The translations under genes and the position numbers were made by a program. A stretch of DNA of 64,000 nt, from assembly GCA_943354905.1 (NCBI GenBank), contig CALRDL010000002.1:6478-70477 (forward strand), written 5' to 3'. Every line of letters begins with the position of its first letter. Positions within the stretch are counted from its first letter, which is position 1. This stretch comes from Candidatus Nomurabacteria bacterium. GTDB taxonomy: Bacteria > Patescibacteriota > Minisyncoccia > Phycocordibacterales > UBA9973. The notes under the pieces were generated by a model. It saw only the letters and a list, made by a program, of their open reading frames with translations. It made no database searches and was not told the origin of the DNA. Positions 39,621 through 46,871 of this stretch are shown in pieces.

Positions 39621-41198
39621 ATGAACAAACCAAAATATTTTCTCTATGCTCGCAAGTCCACAGAAGATGATGACAGACAAGTCATGTCCATTGAAGCACA
39701 GCTTTTTGAATTGCGTGAATTTGCGAGCAGAGAAAATCTTGAAATTCTTGAAGAATTTCAAGAGTCAAAAAGCGCAAAGAGTCCGGGACGAAGTGTCTTC
39801 GGCGAAATGATGAATAAAATTGAAAGTATGGATGGTGTTGGTATTCTTGGATGGCACCCGGATCGTTTAGCGAGAAATTCAATTGACGGTGGACGCATCA
39901 TTTATGCCGTAGACACTACAAAAATAGTTTCTTTACGCTTTCCGACATTTTGGTTTGAACCCACACCGCAGGGGCTGTTTATGCTTCAAGTGGCATTCGG
40001 ACAAAGTAAATATTATTCTGACAACCTAAAACAGAATGTTGAGCGAGGTTTTCGCCAAAAACTGCGACGAGGTGAATGGCTAACGCGCGCGCCATTTGGT
40101 TATGTGAACAATTTAATTACGCACAATATTGAACCTGATCCGGTGAAATCTAAAATCATCGTGCGCGCGTACAAAGCGTACGCAACAGGTTCACATACTC
40201 TCGTTTCGTTATCGCAGTTTTTGGCGGAACATGGTGTTGTCCAAAAGTCCGGAACGCCACTTGTCAAAGCTTCCGTGCAAAGAATGTTATCCAATCGCGC
40301 ATATCTCGGCCTCGTCAAACACCACGGCGAGTTCTTCACCGGAAGCTTTGCGTCAATTCTTTCTCCAACACTATTTGAAGCTGTGCAAAAAGTTTTAGAG
40401 AGACGAGCACATCCGAGACATAGCAAGATATCTCACAATTTTCCATTCACCGGTCTTTTTCGATGCGCTGAATGTGACAGTATGATTTCCGCACAATGGG
40501 CAACTGGAAAATGTGGTGGGCGGTATCGGTACTATCGATGCTCGAAAAAACGCGGTGTCTGTTTACAAAAATATCTTCGTGAAGATCTGCTCGTCTCCCA
40601 AATCAGAGAACAGCTTCAAGCAGTGTCGCTTCCCGAAGAGTGGTCGGATTATATGCTCAAAAAGGTAGAAAGATTTGAGCATGAAGAAACCAACGCTTCA
40701 GAAAGTCGGCTCGGGCAGATGAAAGAAGATTTAAAAATGCTTGAAGCGAAACTCGACGCATTAGTTGATTTATACTTAAACAAAGATATTGAAAGAGAAA
40801 TATATTTAGTGAAAAAAGATATTTTAATGCGTCAAAAAATCTCGCTTCAAGCCAAATCTTCATCTACCCGAGCCGAGAGAAAGAATTGGGTCGAACCCCT
40901 GCGGAAATGGATTTTGGATTCAAAACACGCGGGGTTTCTCGCTACGAGTGAAAATCTCCACGAAATGAGAGATTTTCTTCGTTCCTTTGGAACGAACCCC
41001 GCGCTGAATGACAAAACTATTTCAATCTCATTTTGCCCGCCCTCCATTTTCACCTGCACCCGCAAGGCGGATTTCATTTCATCACTTCATACCGCGCCTT
41101 TGGCGCGCCCGCTTTTTTCGCTTTCTGCCGAGGAAGTTTCAATTTGCGGACAGAGTGAGATTCGAACTCACGGTCCTTTTAAGGGGACGGCGGTTTAG
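39621..41198 (+). CDS. Large serine recombinase/integrase; C-terminus runs antisense into tRNA-Ser
   Basis: YARKST, DRLARN, PFGY, zinc ribbon CAEC/YYRC, coiled coil. Confidence 0.95.
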   Translation: MNKPKYFLYARKSTEDDDRQVMSIEAQLFELREFASRENLEILEEFQESKSAKSPGRSVFGEMMNKIESMDGVGILGWHPDRLARNSIDGGRIIYAVDTTKIVSLRFPTFWFEPTPQGLFMLQVAFGQSKYYSDNLKQNVERGFRQKLRRGEWLTRAPFGYVNNLITHNIEPDPVKSKIIVRAYKAYATGSHTLVSLSQFLAEHGVVQKSGTPLVKASVQRMLSNRAYLGLVKHHGEFFTGSFASILSPTLFEAVQKVLERRAHPRHSKISHNFPFTGLFRCAECDSMISAQWATGKCGGRYRYYRCSKKRGVCLQKYLREDLLVSQIREQLQAVSLPEEWSDYMLKKVERFEHEETNASESRLGQMKEDLKMLEAKLDALVDLYLNKDIEREIYLVKKDILMRQKISLQAKSSSTRAERKNWVEPLRKWILDSKHAGFLATSENLHEMRDFLRSFGTNPALNDKTISISFCPPSIFTCTRKADFISSLHTAPLARPLFSLSAEEVSICGQSEIRTHGPFKGTAV

Positions 41199-41233
41199 TA
41201 AACCGCTCCCGTAAACCACTTGGGTATCTGTCC
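41147..41233 (-). tRNA. tRNA-Ser (anticodon ACT)
   Basis: GGACAGA/TCTGTCC acceptor, G73, GCGGT-TTACTAA-ACCGC, long variable arm, TTCGAAT. Confidence 0.9.
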
Positions 41234-41333
41234 AGATACAAATCGAGTATAGCAGAAAAAAATAAAAAATGCAGAGAAATTTATGGAAAAATACAAGAAA
41301 TATGTTAGAGTAGTTAAGTAATAGATTACGTAT

Positions 41334-41423
41334 GGAGCCGTGGGAGAGCGGTCTAATCTACATCTTTGCTAAAGATGCAGGGGTTAAACCCCCTCGCGAG
41401 TTCGAATCTCGCCGGCTCCGCCA
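41334..41423 (+). tRNA. tRNA-Ser (anticodon GCT)
   Basis: GGAGCCG/CGGCTCC, CATCT-TTGCTAA-AGATG, long variable arm, G-CCA end. Confidence 0.95.
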
Positions 41424-41463
41424 AAATTGGGAATCCGCATTTCTGGCGGGAATGCTTCACCCG

Positions 41464-41669
41464 AATTTTTGTGGTATCTACTGGACAAAGTTCGAATGTT
41501 TTTTGCTAATAATCCTGACGACCAATGATGCGCGCCTCGTTCGCTCCCTGTGGTCGCGGGAGCAAAAACCAAAAATTTTCCTTACCTTTCTTATTTTCCT
41601 CGGCGGGGGGTGTGGGGGGGGGAGCCGACAAAAAATGGAAAGGAAATTTTTGGTTTTGCTTCGCCGCTA
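41464..41669. repeat. Left arm of ~205-bp inverted repeat (partner 43844-44049)
   Basis: Near-identical reverse complement except a ~35-nt diverged patch. Confidence 0.92.
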
Positions 41670-41728
41670 TGTTAATAATATACGAAAATGGTATATTCCA
41701 CAATAGACTATATTATGTTAATATCTAT

Positions 41729-41947
41729 ATGTCGAAAAAATATTTGCCAAAATATCAAAAACTCACCGCAAAACTTCTTTCTGCTCGCCTAGAAGCAGGT
41801 TTAACACAGGTTGAAGTAGGTAAAAAGCTCAAGAAACCACAGGTGTATCTTTCTAAGATAGAACGAGGTGAGCGCGGAGTTGATGTGGTAGAATTAGCAG
41901 AACTGGCAAAGATTTACAATAAAGACATTAACTATTTTGTAAAATAA
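41729..41947 (+). CDS. XRE-family HTH regulator
   Basis: ARLEAGLTQVEV..SKIERGER; paralogue of 62047-62268. Confidence 0.88.
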   Translation: MSKKYLPKYQKLTAKLLSARLEAGLTQVEVGKKLKKPQVYLSKIERGERGVDVVELAELAKIYNKDINYFVK

Positions 41948-41948
41948 T

Positions 41949-42119
41949 ATGCCCAGAAACACTGAGCAAAAGAAAAAAGAGATAGAAGGCATCCTGGCTC
42001 GATACGAGGCAGGAATGATTATTCTAAGGCAGAAGCGAGATAAGATTATTTCCACTTTTCTTGAGTTGTTGAAAGAGAAAAAACTTGAAGAATTAAGAAA
42101 TTCACTCAAACAATTATGA
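41949..42119 (+). CDS. 56-aa helical protein (not in ORF track)
   Basis: MPRNTEQKKKEIEG...LRNSLKQL; stop overlaps Fic start (ATGA). Confidence 0.6.
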   Translation: MPRNTEQKKKEIEGILARYEAGMIILRQKRDKIISTFLELLKEKKLEELRNSLKQL

Positions 42120-43576
42120 AATCCCCCGAAAATTTTACACCACCACAGACAGAAGTATCAAAAACTGAAAGTGAGATGACTCTATCTCCAGAGGTTGAAG
42201 TAGTGGAAGCCACTACTGAGTCGCTGGAACAATACAAAGAAACAGTAGAAGCTCATATTGATGAGCAATCGACAAATATAAATGCAGAAGCTGGACAAAA
42301 GATTGAAAGTTCCGCTAAAAATATGAATGTATCCCCTGAATTACTGGATTCAACAAAAGCAGAGAGTGGGTTAGAAAACCAAATGGCTGAAATTCAAGAT
42401 GAAGCAAATCAATTAAATCGAGTAGTAAAATTAGAGATTTCTGAAACGGTCGCAGAAGCTCCAGTGGAGAACACTCCTGAATCGGAAGTAAATCTCTCGG
42501 GAGGAAATGAATCAAAGGAAGATAAATTAGAAACCGGAGGAAAAGTTTTTGAATTTTTAGACCGCACAAAATTTTTGGATGTTCGAAAATCAGACGAACA
42601 ATTTAATGAGTGGCTTCAAAAACTTTCTTACGAAGATTATACAGATTACGTTACGCGCCTAAATGGTATTTTACGCGAAGTTCCAATAAAAGATCGTGGG
42701 GTAGATGGCGGAGAGGGTGAAGAAGTTTCTATCGGTACTAGAGGATATAATTTTTATGTTCCACCTGGTGCTGAACAAAAAGATGGTTTAATGCGAGAAA
42801 GTTTTCAAGCTCTCAAACAAATACCAGACAACGAAGATCGTGCTCTTTTAGCGTATTATACGATGCAAGCCGTTCACCCGTATGCTGACGGAAATGGTAG
42901 AACTGGTAGATTACTCCATGAAATAATTTCTGAAGACGGTAAAGAAATCACTAGCGAAAAACTCTCTGAACTTTTGGATCATGAGGAAAAAGGGCCGAAT
43001 GCTGTTGGAAAAGGACAAGATATTTTCTCTGAAAGAGTTTTAGAACCAAGCAGTGCGTATGAGTACATTAACCGAGAAGTTGCAAAAGAGGTTCTTGGTG
43101 ATGATTTTTTTAAGCAATATGGCTCTATCCATGTCGAACGTGGAGTTGGTAAAGATGCTGCTTTTTTACCAACAGCAGTAAAAGAAAAATTATCGCCAGA
43201 AGATGTAATTTTAGCTGAAAAAATTTTAGGTGAAGCAGGCATAAAAAATTTCTCTACTAGCGGCATAGTTTTAGCAAGGCTACTTTTGGAAAAAAGTGAT
43301 GAAATTTATAATCAATATCACTACGAGTATCCATTAAATGAGGAGGCTGACATGTCTATGGAGGGTATGGAAAAAAAGTATTTTGGAATTGATGGGCAAA
43401 ATCTTATGGCAAATTTGAGTGAAGAAGATGCACACAGGTTGATAGAAATTCACGCAAGTGTAAAAAATAGATTTATTGAAGACATGATTGATATTTTTGT
43501 ACATCCAGAGAATCGTCAAATGAAAGACGAAAACGGGAAAGATATTCCGATCAAGAGCGTCTTTCGTCGCAGTTAA
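42116..43576 (+). CDS. Fic-domain protein with long acidic N-terminal extension
   Basis: HPYADGNGRTGR matches Fic motif HxFx(D/E)GNGRxxR. Confidence 0.88.
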   Translation: MKSPENFTPPQTEVSKTESEMTLSPEVEVVEATTESLEQYKETVEAHIDEQSTNINAEAGQKIESSAKNMNVSPELLDSTKAESGLENQMAEIQDEANQLNRVVKLEISETVAEAPVENTPESEVNLSGGNESKEDKLETGGKVFEFLDRTKFLDVRKSDEQFNEWLQKLSYEDYTDYVTRLNGILREVPIKDRGVDGGEGEEVSIGTRGYNFYVPPGAEQKDGLMRESFQALKQIPDNEDRALLAYYTMQAVHPYADGNGRTGRLLHEIISEDGKEITSEKLSELLDHEEKGPNAVGKGQDIFSERVLEPSSAYEYINREVAKEVLGDDFFKQYGSIHVERGVGKDAAFLPTAVKEKLSPEDVILAEKILGEAGIKNFSTSGIVLARLLLEKSDEIYNQYHYEYPLNEEADMSMEGMEKKYFGIDGQNLMANLSEEDAHRLIEIHASVKNRFIEDMIDIFVHPENRQMKDENGKDIPIKSVFRRS

Positions 43577-43843
43577 GGGAGCAATCCCCGCCGTTTTATA
43601 ATATCTCCTAAAAAACGGCGGGGATTTGTGCGCGCACAGGGCGGGCGGGGCAAGCACATACAGATTTGTTTGTGCCTAGCACAATCCGCTTTATGAGTTA
43701 CCACTGTTCTCTGTCGAAGCCACAGAGTATCAAGCTACCACAGAACATCGAGAGGAAGCGCCTCGTCTCGCCGCAAGGACGGAGAAATGAACAACGCCAA
43801 AGAACCACAAATGATATAATGAAAATGTTAATTTCATAGTCTG

Positions 43844-44049
43844 TAGCGGCGAAGCAAAACCAAAAATTTCCTTTCCATTTTTTGTCGACTCCCCCCCACC
43901 CCCCGCCGAGGAAAATAAGAAAGGTAAGGAAAATTTTTGGTTTTTGCTCCCGCGACCACAGGGAGCGAACGAGGCGCGCGATTAGTAGCTTTCATCAGGA
44001 TTTAGCTCGAAGTAATTTCGAACTTTGTCCAGTAGATACCACAAAAATT
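43844..44049. repeat. Right arm of ~205-bp inverted repeat
   Basis: Reverse complement of 41464-41669. Confidence 0.92.
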
Positions 44050-44331
44050 GGCATAAGGTACATTTTCCGTGGCTTGTTTTGAGGGTTTTACCCTTGTGGT
44101 ATATAACTAGAAGTGCTAACTTTTAATTATGAATTTAAAAAAACAACAAAATATGTAGTATTTGTGGTTCTAGTGAGGTGATTAAAAGAGGAATACAAGA
44201 TGGAGTACAAGTATATAAATGTAAAAAATGTGGAATTAGATTTAGAAATCAAAGAAGAGAGAAAGTAAATTTAGAAAAATATATTTTACCAAAAACTGAT
44301 TTAAAAAGCCACGGAAAATGTATCTTATGCC
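44050..44331 (+). mobile_element. Internally deleted IS / MITE-like element with 26-bp TIRs
   Basis: ggcataaggtacattttccgtggctt / aagccacggaaaatgtatcttatgcc (1 mismatch); encloses zinc-ribbon remnant CSICGS..YKCKKCG. Confidence 0.8.
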
Positions 44332-44454
44332 TCAAATAATCTAATTTCTGATTTTACAGAAGAAGTTCAAGCATCTATAGAGGTTAAAAAATAGTAGGAT
44401 TCTATAAAATTATAGTTATCCACAACAACTTGAATAATTCCTGTATTTTAGTAT

Positions 44455-44522
44455 ACTATAAGTATCTCATTTACCTAGTGTAAAAGGAGCACTTGAAACG
44501 CCTCGCAAGAGGCGTTTCTTGC
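44455..44522 (-). ncRNA. Candidate DUF3800-associated RNA motif
   Basis: gaaacgcctc hairpin followed by ctcctt..aca..ggtaaatgag directly 3' of DUF3800 operon remnant. Confidence 0.45.
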
Positions 44523-44808
44523 TATGTGGGGCTAGAATTTTTGGAATACTTTTCAAACTCTTTGCGGTGTCGTTTTTTCTGATATGGATAATCAACGTAG
44601 ATTCCAGTGATAATATAAAATCCATGTTTATTTTCATCTAGTATCACAAGATAGCTACCACATTCTAAATATAGGCACACACGATTTGTTTTTCGTTTAT
44701 TGCAGTAATTTTTTCTTTTGGTACATATATAGAACCAAGCACCATAACTGGGGCTTTATCAAACTCTAAATGGTTGCTTTCGTCGCAGTAAATATTGTAT
44801 TCGGTCAT
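44522..44808 (-). pseudogene. DUF3800 N-terminus fused by deletion to C-terminus of a partner gene
   Basis: MTEYNIYCDESNHLE..VMVLG then out-of-frame ..YLVILDE..YIITG..KEFEKY. Confidence 0.65.
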
Positions 44809-44857
44809 AACGCATTGTATTATAGCAAAATTTTGTAGTTTTTGGGAGCAAAAATCA

Positions 44858-45020
44858 TGCGCGCGAACGGGAGGGTGGGTTAAGCACATGCATTCTGTGC
44901 CTCGGGCATTTCCGCTAGGGTGTTCACGATTAAAGGACGAGTGCCTGACCCGAATTGCAATCCATAATCGAAAGCGAAAGCTACACACCAAACATAATAT
45001 TGAAAAACGTAGAGTGGGGA
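44858..45020 (+). repeat. Diverged copy of the 27670-27835 non-coding element
   Basis: Shared blocks gcgaacgggaggg, aagcacatgcatt, gcctcgggcatttccgctagggtgt, taaaggacgagtgcct, ttgcaat, agcgaaagc. Confidence 0.85.
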
Positions 45021-45171
45021 TGGCGATAGTGCGACCCGTATATCTAAAACTATTTTAGAAAAATTCTAGCTAATCTCAATTCTTCATACGAATAATCCTC
45101 TCCCAAAATTTCGCGAACTGGAGCCAATAACATACCGCCAGTTTTTTTAAATGCATCTCTGATTATTTCCT

Positions 45172-46404
45172 TTAGTTTCTTATCTCTAATGGAGCCCTTT
45201 TAACACACTTGTCGCAATTTTCACAATTTACTTGCATATAGTCCTCGTTAAAATATCCGAGTAAGAATTTACGACGGCACTTGTACAAATTCCCATACTG
45301 GATTACTTTGTCCAAATTCTCTTGCGCATTTTTCTGTTCTTTTATATCGGTCATGCCTCGAATAAAATAGTCTTGCTTAAATTTATCAGCATAAGAGAAC
45401 AACAGTACACACCTTGACGGGGAACCATCTCTGCCTCCTCGACCAGTCTCTTGATAATATCCTTCGATGGATTTCGGCAGACTTTGATGGATGACAAGAC
45501 GCACATCTGGTTTGTCTATGCCCATACCGAAAGCGATAGTCGCAACCATGATCTGTACTTCATTTTTAATAAATTTGTCTTGATTATCCCTTCTAGTTGT
45601 CGCATCTAGCCCTGCATGATATGCTGCTGATTTATGGCCATAATGGTTTAAATTATGCACTAAATTCTCTGTGTCATTACGCGAGAAACAATATATTATG
45701 ACACTTTTGTTTTTATGACTTTGTAATAACGCAAGAATTAATTTTAAAGAATCTTTTTTAGGTATGACTTCATAGCTCAGATTTGGTCTATTGAAACTAG
45801 AAATAAAAACTTGGGGATTATCTAAATTAAGTTGTTTGACTATATCCTCACGGACCCTCGTGGTGGCAGTAGCAGTCAGAGCAATGATTGGAATCGTGGA
45901 GAATTTTTTTCGTAATAGTTTTAAATTTCTGTAGTCGGGCCTAAAATCATGACCCCATTCCGAAATACAATGTGCTTCGTCAATCGCGATTAAACTGATC
46001 TTTAGAGTGTGTAAAAATTCTTCGAAACCCGGCACTGACAATCTTTCGGGAGCTATGTATATAATTTTTAATTTTCCTGTTTTGGCTCGATTCATTACAT
46101 TCACAATCTCTATTTGAGAAAGTGTGCTGTTTATTAGCTCAGCGGTTATACTTTTTTTATTTAGGGCATCTACCTGATCTTTCATTAAAGAAATCAAGGG
46201 TGATATGACAACCGCCACCCCTTCCAGCATCATAGCTGGTAACTGAAAACACAGGGATTTTCCTCCACCTGTAGGCATTAGCACTACGCAATCTTTTCCA
46301 ACCAAAACTCGCTCAATTATTTCTTTCTGAAGTGGTCTAAATTCTTCGTAGCCAAAATGTTTTTTTAAAATACCTTGCAAGGCAGATTTATCTTGATTTA
46401 CCAT
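45172..46404 (-). CDS. recQ: RecQ-family helicase (ends after Zn-binding domain; no winged helix/HRDC)
   Basis: MPTGGGKSLCFQLP, DEAHCISEWGHDFRP, GMGIDKPDVR, CRR..CENCDKC. Confidence 0.93.
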   Translation of the reverse strand: MVNQDKSALQGILKKHFGYEEFRPLQKEIIERVLVGKDCVVLMPTGGGKSLCFQLPAMMLEGVAVVISPLISLMKDQVDALNKKSITAELINSTLSQIEIVNVMNRAKTGKLKIIYIAPERLSVPGFEEFLHTLKISLIAIDEAHCISEWGHDFRPDYRNLKLLRKKFSTIPIIALTATATTRVREDIVKQLNLDNPQVFISSFNRPNLSYEVIPKKDSLKLILALLQSHKNKSVIIYCFSRNDTENLVHNLNHYGHKSAAYHAGLDATTRRDNQDKFIKNEVQIMVATIAFGMGIDKPDVRLVIHQSLPKSIEGYYQETGRGGRDGSPSRCVLLFSYADKFKQDYFIRGMTDIKEQKNAQENLDKVIQYGNLYKCRRKFLLGYFNEDYMQVNCENCDKCVKRAPLEIRN

Positions 46405-46559
46405 ATTGGTATATTATACTTTATAGAAAAATAGTCTATATTTATTTTAGCTCTAGACTAGCTAACAAATGCTAAACTAGAGAATATGTTGAAAAGAAAA
46501 GCTCGTTTAGGAAAAAGTAAAGGAAAGATGAGTATAAGAAAAATACTTTGCAAACATAC

Positions 46560-46587
46560 TTGACAATACCCCCTAGGGGTATATACT
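46560..46587 (+). promoter_or_regulatory. Promoter with CsoR-type operator
   Basis: TTGACA-16nt-TATACT enclosing palindrome ATACCCC-cta-GGGGTAT. Confidence 0.85.
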
Positions 46588-46593
46588 CTCATT

Positions 46594-46857
46594 ATGCAAA
46601 CAAATAAGCCAAAACTTATACGCCATCTGAAAATAATTGAGGGGCAAATAAGGGGTCTACAAAATATGATAGAGAAAGATACTTATTGTATTGATGTTAT
46701 CACTCAAACATCTGCCATAAAACAATCACTCTCTAGTATAGAAGATACTCTCATGGAAGGACATCTTGGACATTGTGTGGTCAATCAAATAAAGAAAGGT
46801 CAAACAGAAAAAGCTACAGGTGAAATATTAAAAGTGTATCGCCTAAAACGCAAGTAG
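46594..46857 (+). CDS. csoR: Copper-sensing repressor
   Basis: IEGQIRG..YC.DV..Q..H..HC. Confidence 0.9.
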   Translation: MQTNKPKLIRHLKIIEGQIRGLQNMIEKDTYCIDVITQTSAIKQSLSSIEDTLMEGHLGHCVVNQIKKGQTEKATGEILKVYRLKRK

Positions 46858-46871
46858 AATTTTATAAAATT

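Noticed and set aside
39318-39761. Minus-strand ORFs 39318-39761 and 39407-39628 as independent genes
   Set aside because: They are a by-product of the inverted copy of the recombinase 3' end; only the terminal peptide is informative
41332-41706. ORFs 41332-41706, 41384-41572, 41506-41703, 43882-44082 and the long start of 41525-41947
   Set aside because: They overlap tRNA-Ser or the GC-rich inverted arms; the HTH gene more plausibly starts at 41729
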